Positions 10,724-21,292 of a stretch of DNA of 64,000 bases are shown piece after piece (position 1 is the first letter of the stretch; each line of letters starts with the position of its first letter). A model generated the notes under the pieces. It was not told where the DNA came from, did not search any database, and saw nothing but the letters and a program-made list of their open reading frames with translations. This DNA comes from Candidatus Poseidoniales archaeon (lineage in GTDB: Archaea; Thermoplasmatota; Poseidoniia; Poseidoniales; Poseidoniaceae). Both the position numbers and the translations under genes were made by a program. Location: positions 286 to 64,285 of the forward strand of contig QQRW01000018.1 in NCBI GenBank assembly GCA_003602605.1, in the 5' to 3' direction.

Positions 10724-13700
10724 ATGAATCATTCGATGAAGTGGGCGATTGCCCTCGTCACCCTGTTTGTTTTACAGAGTGCATCACCTCTCATTCACCC
10801 CAATTCAACCCCCGTTTCGAACATGCAATCCGATGGTGGCATCGAATGGGTCCAGTTTGATTTGGTTGAAGGCGTCTACTCTGACGCAATTGGACACGAA
10901 GAGTTCACTACTCATTCAGAGTCACGCTCTGAACTTGCTGTGAGTCGAATCGGAACTTTCGATGCGAATGGACTCGAACTTCAACGTCCAGTCCCAAGCG
11001 ATTGGCTTACTCCACGATTGGATTTGAGTCTCGTTATCGTTTCAAATGAAGTTTTGCTGCTCGATGTACGCAACACCATTCAGGCAGTTCCGGGATTGGC
11101 AATTCGCGAATATATTGCACCTTCTGGACTGCTGGTTCAAGGAACTCCATTAGCGCTTTCAATGCTGAGTCAAACGGAGGGCATCGTTGCACAACATCCA
11201 GTTCCTATGGCTTTACTCGTTGAAGGTGATATTCTGGACGTTCTCCTGCTTGAAGATGGTGAGCAATCACTCGTTGGTTCCTCAATGCGGATCGAGGGTT
11301 GGCGCGATGATTCCGGACCTCTTTCCGGCATAGCGTTCACCGATGTCGAAGGCCACTCATTGGCGCAAGAAGTTGAAACATTCATTCCGTACGCATTTTC
11401 ACCCTTCCGCCAATGGGACGAAGGACGATTTCAAGGCATTCTTTCGTCAGAAAATCTTGTCGAAATTGTTGCACAACCTTCGCTGAGAATTCTACGGTTT
11501 GAACCGCTCTTCTCAGGCGACAACAATCAAGCCCGAACACACATGAAAACCTCCCAAATGACCAGTTACTTTACGACGGATTTGGATGGCTCGGGACAAA
11601 TTGTAGCTGTTGCAGATTCTGGACTCGACGAAGATCACGGTGATTTTGGAAACCGTATACTTTCCAGTAATGATGTCATCGGTGATGGTTCCACTGCGGA
11701 CAAACATTCCGGCCACGGTACTCACGTTGCTTGCACCGTCCTCGGAGACGGGACTCAAGGTGGATATTCTGGCGTTGCAACCTCTGCTGAACTTTACTTC
11801 CAGGCCATGGAAAACGACAACACCGGTAATTTCCAATCCCCATCGCTCAATTATCTTCTCAACTCTGCATACTCCGCAGGAGCTTACACGCACACGAATT
11901 CCTGGGGTTCGTCGCTTGAAAGCGACCAAGGGAAATACACTTCCGAGAGCGAAGATGTTGACGACCGTTCAAATTACTATGATCGGTATTACAACGGTCG
12001 AAATGGCCTCACAATTCTTTTTGCAGCAGGTAACGACGGCCCGAATTCCGGAACTGTAGGCGCTCCTTCCACCGCAAAGAACACCATCACAGTCGGTAAC
12101 CATCAGAACCGCTACTCCGGTGCTCCTGACTCGATTATGTCCGGTTCTTCCCGTGGCCCTACCGACGACGGGCGCATCAAGCCAGACATTATCGCTCCGG
12201 GCGGATATGTTCGTTCTTGCCGTGCGCAAGAGGCTGGAGATACTGCAGGTGCAACCTGGTCCAACACGTATTATCTCGAGTATACTGGAACCTCAATGGC
12301 CACGCCAAATGCCGCTGGTGCAGCAGTGATGGTACGTGAATATCTCGAGGAAATCGCCCAACGGCCATCGCCTCAAGGAGCGTTGGTGAAGGCATTGCTC
12401 ATCTTAGGGGCAGAAGATGTTGGAACGCGTGATATTCCGAACGACGATGAGGGCTGGGGACGACTTAACTTGCGCAACACACTTGCTCCGACTACCGGGC
12501 AAGGAATATGGGTCGATGACCGCTCAGTTCTCTCCGGAACGGGGAATTCAAAGACGTACACATTCAATATTTCACAAGGTAATTCAGGTTTCAAGACGGT
12601 GTTGGCATGGTCGGACGAACGTGGCTCGCCGTTTTCCAACACGCAGTTGGTGAATAACCTCGATATTGAAGTTACCAATCCGAGTGGTGAAGTGTTCTTT
12701 GGTAATGATTTTGCAAACGGACGCTCTACGACCAACGGAGTTTCAGATAGCATCAACAACGTCGAAGTCGTCTTGGTAGACAATGCGGAGATCGGTATTT
12801 GGACGGTCAAAGTGAAGGATGCTTTACACGGCGGAAGTCGGGCCCAACCGTTCGCATTGGCTGTCATGGGGCATGGAGTGAATGACTTACGGCCAGACCC
12901 GGTCGTTCTTGAGGATGAATTCGCAATGTCTGTGACTATTCCACAAGTTGGTGACGAATTACAAGTAACGACCAAAGTATTCAACGTCGGCAATGTTCGG
13001 TCGGGTTTCTTCGATATGGAGTTCGAGGTTGACGGCGTGACCATTGACTCCAAGTCGATTGATCTTGGTGCCGGCTCCACCAAAACTCAGGTGTGGTCAT
13101 GGACCCCACAAACTGCTGGCCAATCCACGCTATCGTTCATTATCGACACCAACGATGTCATCGAAGAGATTTTGGAAAACAACAACCGTTACGATGTGTT
13201 GGTGAACGTAACTGCCCCTGGCGTGAAACTTTCTGCTGAACCTCAAACCATCACGCTGCTCAATACCTCACTCTCAACCACCTCATGGAGTCTTGATTTG
13301 ACCAATACCGCTCTTGTATCGACCAATGCAAGCCTCCTCACTCAAACCGTGTTCAACGAAGACTCTGGCCAATCGATGCCGTGGTATGTTGGTTCAAACG
13401 AATCAAACTTTACGTTAGGCGGACAGGAATCTGCTGAGATTGTTGTTACACTGGTTCATCCAACTCCCCCGCTCCCCGGAACGTATCGCATAGATTTGCT
13501 CGGAATTGATGTTGATAATGGGGTAAATTATCCTTACATGCTCTATTTTATCGTCCCAGACCTTCCGAATCTTCGACTTGAGTACGATTACCAAATTGTT
13601 CCAGTTTCCCCTACAGAACCGACCAGTATCGACATTCGCTTATTCAACATTGGAAACGCCAACATTGGCTATGACCTGTTCCTTGAAGCTCCCGCTGGAT

Positions 13701-15253
13701 GGGACGCAGGTTTTGATACCCTTTCCAGTGTACCGGGTGCGAGTTCGGGTTCGACAGGCCTGATTACGAAGGATACTCACAGAGACATCGGGATGTCGTT
13801 TACTCCTCCACAGGTCATGACTGGAGCCGGTGCGGAACGGATGGTTCGCTTGACGGCCATTTCACAAACAGAGGTTGCGGAAAGTTGGGTCTTTGACATC
13901 CCTATCAAGGTCGATACCGTGAAAGCCATCGACATTGACCTCGAATCGAATCTTGGCGTTCTACGCCCTGATTCATCGTTCAGTATGCTGTTCGCACTGG
14001 AGCACAGGGGGAATGTTGACCTCTCGTTAACTCCTTCGTTTGAATTGCCATCTGGTTGGGCCGTGACTTCAGGAATGGAGGCTTTTGATCTCCCATGGAC
14101 CTCTTCAAAAAATCTGTTGTTTGGAATTTCAGGCGATGGGACTGGGTCCTCAGGTCAAGTAAAATTACACCTTGACAGCGGTTCAGACCGAATGACTTGG
14201 ACAGGTGAATTCAATGTTGAACTGCTTGCTCAACCAACCATCAACTTCGTACAACTTGCCTACGATGGTCAGACTTGGGACACGCCGTTTGGACCAGGCT
14301 CTCATCCCACGGGTGTACCTCTTCAATTCACGTGGCTTATCGGCAATGAGGCCAATGTTGAGTGGCAACCTACTGCGTCCGTTTCACTCTCAAGTGGATT
14401 GTTTGGCGAATGTTCAACGCTCGAAGCAATTGGGCAGGGCGACCTCAAACCAGTGACATGCACAGTCATCATTTCTTCCTCAATGGAACCTCTCTCTGAA
14501 CCGTCTTTCGTGCTCAAACTAGCTGGAGATGAAGTCGAATCGACTCAAAACATTGGCCTCTTGGTTGCTACTGTGGTCGAATCCGCATGGCAGATGGAAC
14601 GCACAACTCAACTGACTACCGGTGCCCAAGAACAGATTCAGGTGACGCTGACAAATGTAGGTAACACCGCATATTCGCATAAGATCGTTGTCGATGGTTC
14701 GAAAGATTGGAAGGCGTCAATCGACGGAAACGATGTCTTGAATTTGGAATCGGGTGAATCAACGAAGATTCGGCTGCTCGTGCGTGCTGACCGCCCAGGT
14801 GATGGCTCAATCACCCTTGCATTGCAAGGTGCTGAGCAAATGACAAACAGCTCGTTTACTTTCTCACTTTCTGCTGTCGGTGAACCAACGGGGACCTCTG
14901 GCCAATCCTTGCCCGTTGGCGCAATAGGTGTTGGTGCTCTTCTCGTGGCACTGCTCATTGTCGGACTTTTCTTATCCCGCCGGAAATCGGAATCTGATTT
15001 TACTATCGACCCTTCGTCGAAATTCACCGCCCCATTGGTGACGGTACCTCCTGTATCGGCAGTTCCGCAAACATCAGCAACTGTGCATTCACCGACATGC
15101 TGGTCATGTCGGCAAGCGATTACTGGGCCAATGCTTGGTTGCCCCGGATGTGGGGCTCGCTACCATCGAAAAGAAGTTCCATCTTGCACTTCTAATACGC
15201 TGCAACAATGTGTAAATTGTAATGCTTCAACTTCGACCTTCGTTCATGCATGA
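10724..15253 (+). CDS. S8 (subtilisin, KP-43-like) serine peptidase with CARDB/NEW3-like domains, TM anchor and C-terminal Zn finger
   Basis: Catalytic triad VADSG (Asp), HGTHV (His), GTSMATP (Ser); oxyanion AAGN; KP-43-like LVNNLD / NNVE domain; CARDB (EILENNN); GGAGG upstream; GTG 10718 is an alternative start. Confidence 0.93.
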   Translation: MNHSMKWAIALVTLFVLQSASPLIHPNSTPVSNMQSDGGIEWVQFDLVEGVYSDAIGHEEFTTHSESRSELAVSRIGTFDANGLELQRPVPSDWLTPRLDLSLVIVSNEVLLLDVRNTIQAVPGLAIREYIAPSGLLVQGTPLALSMLSQTEGIVAQHPVPMALLVEGDILDVLLLEDGEQSLVGSSMRIEGWRDDSGPLSGIAFTDVEGHSLAQEVETFIPYAFSPFRQWDEGRFQGILSSENLVEIVAQPSLRILRFEPLFSGDNNQARTHMKTSQMTSYFTTDLDGSGQIVAVADSGLDEDHGDFGNRILSSNDVIGDGSTADKHSGHGTHVACTVLGDGTQGGYSGVATSAELYFQAMENDNTGNFQSPSLNYLLNSAYSAGAYTHTNSWGSSLESDQGKYTSESEDVDDRSNYYDRYYNGRNGLTILFAAGNDGPNSGTVGAPSTAKNTITVGNHQNRYSGAPDSIMSGSSRGPTDDGRIKPDIIAPGGYVRSCRAQEAGDTAGATWSNTYYLEYTGTSMATPNAAGAAVMVREYLEEIAQRPSPQGALVKALLILGAEDVGTRDIPNDDEGWGRLNLRNTLAPTTGQGIWVDDRSVLSGTGNSKTYTFNISQGNSGFKTVLAWSDERGSPFSNTQLVNNLDIEVTNPSGEVFFGNDFANGRSTTNGVSDSINNVEVVLVDNAEIGIWTVKVKDALHGGSRAQPFALAVMGHGVNDLRPDPVVLEDEFAMSVTIPQVGDELQVTTKVFNVGNVRSGFFDMEFEVDGVTIDSKSIDLGAGSTKTQVWSWTPQTAGQSTLSFIIDTNDVIEEILENNNRYDVLVNVTAPGVKLSAEPQTITLLNTSLSTTSWSLDLTNTALVSTNASLLTQTVFNEDSGQSMPWYVGSNESNFTLGGQESAEIVVTLVHPTPPLPGTYRIDLLGIDVDNGVNYPYMLYFIVPDLPNLRLEYDYQIVPVSPTEPTSIDIRLFNIGNANIGYDLFLEAPAGWDAGFDTLSSVPGASSGSTGLITKDTHRDIGMSFTPPQVMTGAGAERMVRLTAISQTEVAESWVFDIPIKVDTVKAIDIDLESNLGVLRPDSSFSMLFALEHRGNVDLSLTPSFELPSGWAVTSGMEAFDLPWTSSKNLLFGISGDGTGSSGQVKLHLDSGSDRMTWTGEFNVELLAQPTINFVQLAYDGQTWDTPFGPGSHPTGVPLQFTWLIGNEANVEWQPTASVSLSSGLFGECSTLEAIGQGDLKPVTCTVIISSSMEPLSEPSFVLKLAGDEVESTQNIGLLVATVVESAWQMERTTQLTTGAQEQIQVTLTNVGNTAYSHKIVVDGSKDWKASIDGNDVLNLESGESTKIRLLVRADRPGDGSITLALQGAEQMTNSSFTFSLSAVGEPTGTSGQSLPVGAIGVGALLVALLIVGLFLSRRKSESDFTIDPSSKFTAPLVTVPPVSAVPQTSATVHSPTCWSCRQAITGPMLGCPGCGARYHRKEVPSCTSNTLQQCVNCNASTSTFVHA

Positions 15254-15287
15254 GTTGATAACTGAGTCACATTAGTTCGAATCAAGC

Positions 15288-18257
15288 GTGGGTAGCCTTT
15301 TGATAGTAAGGCTTCCACCGGGGGTCATGGACCCCCGAGAAAAGATGCAAAGTCACGCCTCTCGCCGTGCACTCTTCCTTACTGGACTCCTTCTGCTCTC
15401 AATGTTACCAATGGTAGCGCCTGGCGCATCTGCAGACGAGGCACGCGATGCGAGCATCACCATTCAAACCAGCCCTGCAAACAACTTGGAAGTGAATCCT
15501 GGCGAATCCGGAGAATATACCGTGCGAATCTACAACAACGGTCCTGAACCAATAACTGTTCAACTTTCTACCAGCGAAGAGGCAACTCAAGAATGTGGCC
15601 AGTATACCTCAAACATCCAACAAATCCCGGGTGTCATTGAATCAAATGATTTCGGTGAAACCACGATGAACATCACCCTTACCCAAACAGCGGAAGGCAG
15701 TTGTGACACGACAATCACTGCTCAAGCCGCTGAAGCCCCAACCCCTCCAGGTATGGCAGGGCAACCTGCTACTGAAACGAAGACCGTTACAACAACGGCA
15801 GGAGACGGCTCCGGCTCTGCCATTTTCGGTGTTGATTTGTCAATGGCTTCAGAATCTCAGCGTAGCCAACAATGGGCTGGCGAATCGGTTATGGAATTCG
15901 ATGTTGTTGTCGAGAACACTGGCCAGACCAACGAAACCATTGCTTTGTCGCTTTCTGAAGCAGACGGCAGTGGCTGTGTTGGCAATGTTGACGACCTGTC
16001 TGTCGATTTGAGTGATGATACCGTTGCGCTTGACCAAGAAGAAACACAAACGGTCACGGTTTCTGTCGAAGTTCCCGAAGGCCAAGAGGCGAGTAAATAC
16101 TGCTGGGAAATCACCGGTACTGTAACCAATGATCCTTCCCAAGAATCTTCAGATGTCGAGAACTTCGACCTCACGGTTCCCGAACTACACGAATGTTCGA
16201 TGTCGCTCTCTAAAACGAGTATGACGGTCGACCCAGGTGAAGAATCTGAATTGACAGCGACCCTTGAGAACACTGGTAACAGTGATTGGTCCGTAACCAT
16301 GGCAAAAACAGGAAGCCGGGCAGGCTGGGTTTCCTTTGATGGTTCATCCTCAGGGCTCCTGCCTTACAATAACGGCGAAGGAAGTCGAACGTTCGACCTG
16401 ATCGTCTCACCGGATGATTCAGTCACCGCTGGCGACGAATCAGTGATTCAAATTCTCGGCAAAGACGGAAACTCGGTGAAATGTTCAAAAGAACTACGTG
16501 TGATTGTCGGACAGTCGTTTGGCGCATCTCTTTCTCTTTCTACGACCAGCCTTAGCAATGTAGAGCCTGGTGCGAACGGTACAGTTTCTCTCACCGTCAC
16601 CAATCAGGGCAATGGTCTCGACAATCTACGCATATCCTCTTCTGCCCCTCCTTCAGGATGGAGTGTTCAATTGGAATCGACCACCGTTTCAGTTGGTTCA
16701 AAACATGGTTCAGATAAGAGCGAGACGGTGGATGTCGTTGTATCGCTACCTTCCTACGCTTTGGCGACTGAACAAGTCGAAATCGCGTTCTCGGTTCTCC
16801 CTGCAGGTGGCGGAGTTGCATATGCCGAGGTCACGTTGACCGTTTCGGTAAAAGCCATTCATGGTATCGAAGCGCAAGCCACAGCCCTTGACCAAACTGG
16901 GCGCTCAGGCTCTCTAGTGAAGTTCCCCGTGACCATCCAGAACACTGGCAATATCGAAGATAACTACCGTTGCATAGAACAGGACCAAACAGCTTCGCCT
17001 GAATGGGGAGTTCACTGTGAAGACAGTAATGGTAACATCATCTCACCCTCGCAAGGGATTGCTGTAGCGGCACAAAGCTCTGTCCAAGTGTTCATGGTTG
17101 TCAGTATTGACGGCGAAGAAGAACTCTCTTCGTCACGGATTACAGTTCGCATTATCAACAAGGATGATTCAACCAACTCTGGCGACCAAGACGGCGATGG
17201 ATTGCCTGACAATCAGCGTGAGTTCAAGTTCTTGGCAATCCTCTCGGACCGCGTGTTTGCAATGGATGTCCGACTCGAGGATGGGGGACTTGACCAACGT
17301 TCAGGGACCGCTGTTTTGCCACCTTCCGGGACAAAAACATACGGCTTCTGGGTCCAAAATACCGGAGACGGTAACGACAAAGCTGTGTTTGACATTTCAG
17401 GCCTTGAAGGAATTGCAACGCGAGAATTAACGCTCTATGGGCTTCCAGTTGACGGTTCAATCGACGTTCCGGTCGGCTATGGAATATGGGATCAAAACAA
17501 CAGCATGTTCTTGCTTGATTCTTCAGGTGAACCCATTATTGGCTCGACGAAAGATGCTGCTGAAACGCAGATGTGTGAACTCGGCCTGTGTGGAGGGGGC
17601 TATGATGCACGTCCATTCGAACTGTATTTTGAAATGGAATTAACCGTCAATCCAGGAGCTGAAACTGGCGACGGAGGACTGTTAGAAGTGGTTGTTATCA
17701 GTACCAAAAACGCAGCGAATCGTTCGGGTTATTTCGACATCACACTCGATGTTCAAATCCTCTATGATTTCCAATTTAATCTTGAGAATACACCTACTGA
17801 AAGGGACCTCATCTACCCCGACAAAGAAGTTATTCTCGTTAATTTAACCAATACTGGAAACATTCGTGGCGATGTTCTCATTTTTACCTCGGAGAGTTTC
17901 CGTGGTTGGTCTGTTGATCTAAGAGAACCTGATGGCCAGAACTACTGTGAATCAGATGTGAAGGAATTCATATGCGATCTGGAAGTAGGTCAAACCATCG
18001 TCATCAAGCTTGTTGTTCGGCCTCCGAGCGGTGCAGAACAGGCAAACACCCTCAAATTCACGCTTTCTGCTCAACCGGATGAAACCGGTGTTGTAGACCG
18101 AGAAAATGTCGAGTTCACCGTCAGCGGAGATGTGCAATCTGGTTGGTTGAGCCTTGGCATGGAAAGCGAGGAAGCGATGACATACGGGCTTGGTTTGGTT
18201 ATGTTTGTCCTGGCAGTTTTCGTTCTCAGGTCATTCATTGGTGGTTCAAGGCCTTGA
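15288..18257 (+). CDS. NEW3/COG1470-like repeat surface protein with C-terminal TM anchor
   Basis: Signal peptide; repeated V.PG....Y.V.V.N.GN..D Ig-like units; C-terminal TM. True start probably at a downstream Met. Confidence 0.8.
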   Translation: MGSLLIVRLPPGVMDPREKMQSHASRRALFLTGLLLLSMLPMVAPGASADEARDASITIQTSPANNLEVNPGESGEYTVRIYNNGPEPITVQLSTSEEATQECGQYTSNIQQIPGVIESNDFGETTMNITLTQTAEGSCDTTITAQAAEAPTPPGMAGQPATETKTVTTTAGDGSGSAIFGVDLSMASESQRSQQWAGESVMEFDVVVENTGQTNETIALSLSEADGSGCVGNVDDLSVDLSDDTVALDQEETQTVTVSVEVPEGQEASKYCWEITGTVTNDPSQESSDVENFDLTVPELHECSMSLSKTSMTVDPGEESELTATLENTGNSDWSVTMAKTGSRAGWVSFDGSSSGLLPYNNGEGSRTFDLIVSPDDSVTAGDESVIQILGKDGNSVKCSKELRVIVGQSFGASLSLSTTSLSNVEPGANGTVSLTVTNQGNGLDNLRISSSAPPSGWSVQLESTTVSVGSKHGSDKSETVDVVVSLPSYALATEQVEIAFSVLPAGGGVAYAEVTLTVSVKAIHGIEAQATALDQTGRSGSLVKFPVTIQNTGNIEDNYRCIEQDQTASPEWGVHCEDSNGNIISPSQGIAVAAQSSVQVFMVVSIDGEEELSSSRITVRIINKDDSTNSGDQDGDGLPDNQREFKFLAILSDRVFAMDVRLEDGGLDQRSGTAVLPPSGTKTYGFWVQNTGDGNDKAVFDISGLEGIATRELTLYGLPVDGSIDVPVGYGIWDQNNSMFLLDSSGEPIIGSTKDAAETQMCELGLCGGGYDARPFELYFEMELTVNPGAETGDGGLLEVVVISTKNAANRSGYFDITLDVQILYDFQFNLENTPTERDLIYPDKEVILVNLTNTGNIRGDVLIFTSESFRGWSVDLREPDGQNYCESDVKEFICDLEVGQTIVIKLVVRPPSGAEQANTLKFTLSAQPDETGVVDRENVEFTVSGDVQSGWLSLGMESEEAMTYGLGLVMFVLAVFVLRSFIGGSRP

Positions 18258-18397
18258 AGTTCTCTTCACTGCCATGCAGTGTAGTGGTTTCAAGAATGCT
18301 AGACGCTCACTTTTCCTCGTGATGTTTTGGGAATACTTATGTGAGTCCCTCAAGTCGCAAAGAATGCGGAGCGTATGCTTTGCATATGGGTGAAAAT

Positions 18398-18871
18398 ATG
18401 TCCGGACTCGAATCGGTTCCAAGTGCGTACCTCTCTATTGGTTTCTTGACGGTTCTCGGAATCATCATGCCGCTTACCAATTTCCTCATCACTTGGGTTG
18501 TTCGCCCACGTGTAGATCCTGCTCGACCTCACATTACACGGTCGTATCTTTTGGAGGGCTATGAGCGTGACCACAGCCTCTATCCTCGACGTTTGACGAC
18601 TTTTGAGTGCGGCAGTGAACCGGTTGGTGACGCAATGATCCAATTCCACTTCCAATACTACTGGTACGCTATCATTTTCCTCGTGTTCGATGTCGCATTC
18701 ATGTTCCTCGTTCTTGGTGGAATGGTTGCATCTGATGCAACAACTGCGGACGCTCCTGAAAGCGCAGTGGCTGAAGCAAAGAGCGCATTGATGCTTCTAG
18801 CCCTTTTCTTCGCCATCATGTCACTTGGCGTTTGGTACGTGTTCCGTAAGCGAGGTCGCATTTACATTTGA
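18398..18871 (+). CDS. nuoA: Complex I-like oxidoreductase subunit A
   Basis: FECGSEP and QYYWYAIIFLVFDV motifs; three TM helices; GGTGA upstream of ATG 18398. Confidence 0.92.
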   Translation: MSGLESVPSAYLSIGFLTVLGIIMPLTNFLITWVVRPRVDPARPHITRSYLLEGYERDHSLYPRRLTTFECGSEPVGDAMIQFHFQYYWYAIIFLVFDVAFMFLVLGGMVASDATTADAPESAVAEAKSALMLLALFFAIMSLGVWYVFRKRGRIYI

Positions 18872-18881
18872 GGTGGATATC

Positions 18882-19475
18882 ATGGCAGAAGCAGGAGAAA
18901 ATTTCGCAGCATTCAACAGTCGCGCATTGGTCGAGATGGTCGGCGGTGTGACCGACGAAGCTCTCAAAGCAACACGAATTAAGAAATTCCTTGGCGTTCT
19001 TGCAGGCCGGTACTTCAACTGGGCTGGGCGTAAATCACTGTTTACGCTTCACTTGGGTATCAAGTGTTGCGCTATCGAGATGGCAGCTGCAGCGACCCCT
19101 CGGTTCGATGGAGACCGGTTTGGTGTCCTGTTCCGTTCATCCCCTCGACAATCCGATGTTCTCCTTATCAACGGACCCATCACCAAGAAATTCGCCGACA
19201 AGGTTGTCCGTCTATGGGAGCAGATGCCGGAGCCAAAGTACTGCATTGCCATGGGTGAATGCGCAATTTCTGGCGGACCTTACTTCCAATCTTACAATAT
19301 TCTCGAAGGCGTCGATACGGTTATTCCAGTCGATGTCTATATTCCTGGTTGCCCTCCACGCCCTGAAGCATTGATTGACGGATTTGGACTGCTCCGTGAA
19401 AAAATCATTCGAATTGGTGGGGCTCCTAGCGTTCAAAGAGTCAGCGAAAAGCCAGTCATTGTGGGAGAGGACTGA
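18882..19475 (+). CDS. nuoB: Complex I-like oxidoreductase subunit B
   Basis: CCAIEM, SPRQSD, MPEPK, AMGECAISGG and PVDVYIPGCPPRPE motifs. Confidence 0.97.
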   Translation: MAEAGENFAAFNSRALVEMVGGVTDEALKATRIKKFLGVLAGRYFNWAGRKSLFTLHLGIKCCAIEMAAAATPRFDGDRFGVLFRSSPRQSDVLLINGPITKKFADKVVRLWEQMPEPKYCIAMGECAISGGPYFQSYNILEGVDTVIPVDVYIPGCPPRPEALIDGFGLLREKIIRIGGAPSVQRVSEKPVIVGED

Positions 19476-19476
19476 G

Positions 19477-20130
19477 ATGGTAGGTTCAATTTCCGCAGAA
19501 CAGAACTCATCTGCTGCTGCTTCCTGCCTCGCAGCAATCAACGAACGGTTTGGAGGAAGCGGCATCGTCGCATCCGTCGAAAACCATTCAAACGCAAAGA
19601 AATATGCATTTGTTCGAGCAGTATGCCCTCCTCAACACTGGTTGGCTTTTGCGAAATGGATGAAGTTCGATCTTGGCGTCAATTACTGTTCAATGGTTAC
19701 AGGAACTCATTTTCCCGATGGCCCTGATGAACGTGGATGGGAAGTTGCGTACCATTTCTTGCGACAACCGATCCAAGACCAAACTCCAAACACGTGCACA
19801 GTTCACGATGTGGACTCACTTTCGGGAATGGATATTCCAATGGAATTTGAAGTATTCATCCCACTTCCTCAGGGCGATTCTCCCTCTGTCCCCTCCATAC
19901 AAAGCATCTGGGTCGGAGCCGATTGGAATGAAAAGGAAACTTGGGACTTGGTCGGTATCAAGTTCGAAGGTCACGAAAACATGCACCGAGTCCTCAACCC
20001 GAACGACAGTCCAGAGGGATTCCATCCTCTTCAGAAGCAACATAAGTTGCGCTATCACGATCACAACGAAATGTACGATGACCCGCAGGGATTCATGCGT
20101 AAGCCAGCGGACGAGGGCCGCGTTAAGTGA
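19477..20130 (+). CDS. nuoC: Complex I-like oxidoreductase subunit C
   Basis: VPSI..IW.GADWNEKETWDLVGIKFEGH...HPL.K motif. Confidence 0.93.
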   Translation: MVGSISAEQNSSAAASCLAAINERFGGSGIVASVENHSNAKKYAFVRAVCPPQHWLAFAKWMKFDLGVNYCSMVTGTHFPDGPDERGWEVAYHFLRQPIQDQTPNTCTVHDVDSLSGMDIPMEFEVFIPLPQGDSPSVPSIQSIWVGADWNEKETWDLVGIKFEGHENMHRVLNPNDSPEGFHPLQKQHKLRYHDHNEMYDDPQGFMRKPADEGRVK

Positions 20131-20139
20131 GGTATTATT

Positions 20140-21279
20140 ATGGCACAAATGTGGATTACAATGGGACCCCAGCATCCAATGACTCACGGGCTGTGGACAC
20201 TTCGCGTCAAGGTTGACGGTGAGACTGTCGTTGATACTGAAGCCGAACTTGGGTACATACATCGTGGTGTAGAGAAGATTTGCGAAGCACGCGACTTCAC
20301 TCAAGTTACACCGTACTGCGATCGACTTTGTTACGTCAGCGCTATGACCTGGGCTAATTCCTATATTTATGCAGCTGAAGACCTTCTGGAAGCAGATGTC
20401 CCGGCTCGTGCAGAATACATTCGCCTTATTTCAGCAGAATTGCAACGTCTTGCATCTCACCTGATGTGGCTTGGAGCATTCGGTCCTGACATCGGAAACC
20501 TCACGCTCATGACATGGTGCATGCGTGACAGAGAAATGTTCCTTGACCTTCTCCAAGAACTTGGAGGCTCCAGAATGCACTACAATTATCCGCGTATTGG
20601 TGGAGTAAAGCGCGACATGCCAATCGGGTTTGCTGACCGCGTTATCGCGAAGACGAAATTGTTTGAAAAGCGTCTCGACGAATACGAAATGATGCTTGAC
20701 GAATCCACCATTTGGCTCGTTCGATTGCAAGGTGTGGGTTATGCCAACGCTGAATCCATGGTCGATGCAGGCGTCTCAGGTCCAAACGTCCGAGCAGCTG
20801 GTGTAAACTACGACGTTCGCTGGGCTCACCCATACTCCGTCTACGACGAAATCGATTGGGAGCCTGCAGTAGAGAAGCCAACCTCGGTCAAAGGAGCAGA
20901 TTGTTACGACCGTTACCGTGTCCGAATGGAAGAAATGCGTCAATCCTGCCGAATGGTTTTGGATGCTCTCAATAAGATTCCAGGTGGAAAGAACACCAAT
21001 TACGCCAACGGCGATGAGATGATCTACACGAAGGCTCCAACTCGCGCACCTGAAGGTGCTACAGGTTTCAGCAACTACGAGTGTACCCGTGGCGCATCGC
21101 AGTTCTACATCCAAGGCGGTGGCGAAGGGCGTGGAAAGAATCCGTACCGTGTATCGATTCGTTCACCGATGTTCATCACTATTCCTTACGTCGCAAAGAC
21201 GATGATTGGTTACAAGATTGCTGATATTCCAGCAATTATGGGCAGTTTCGACCCGTGCATCGGAGAAACTGACCGCTGA
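20140..21279 (+). CDS. nuoD: Complex I-like oxidoreductase subunit D
   Basis: GPQHPMTHG, GYIHRGVEK, DRLCY, RIGGV..D and terminal GETDR. Confidence 0.97.
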   Translation: MAQMWITMGPQHPMTHGLWTLRVKVDGETVVDTEAELGYIHRGVEKICEARDFTQVTPYCDRLCYVSAMTWANSYIYAAEDLLEADVPARAEYIRLISAELQRLASHLMWLGAFGPDIGNLTLMTWCMRDREMFLDLLQELGGSRMHYNYPRIGGVKRDMPIGFADRVIAKTKLFEKRLDEYEMMLDESTIWLVRLQGVGYANAESMVDAGVSGPNVRAAGVNYDVRWAHPYSVYDEIDWEPAVEKPTSVKGADCYDRYRVRMEEMRQSCRMVLDALNKIPGGKNTNYANGDEMIYTKAPTRAPEGATGFSNYECTRGASQFYIQGGGEGRGKNPYRVSIRSPMFITIPYVAKTMIGYKIADIPAIMGSFDPCIGETDR

Positions 21280-21292
21280 GGTGATTATTATG
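21277..21292 (+). promoter_or_regulatory. Stop codon fused with Shine-Dalgarno (TGAGGTG...ATG), recurring through the nuo operon
   Basis: TGAGGTGATTATTATG at D/H; near-copies TGAGGTATTATTATG (C/D), TGAGGTGAATTATTATG (H/I), TGAGGTGGATATCATG (A/B) and TGAGGTGTTTGAATG (K/L). Confidence 0.75.
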
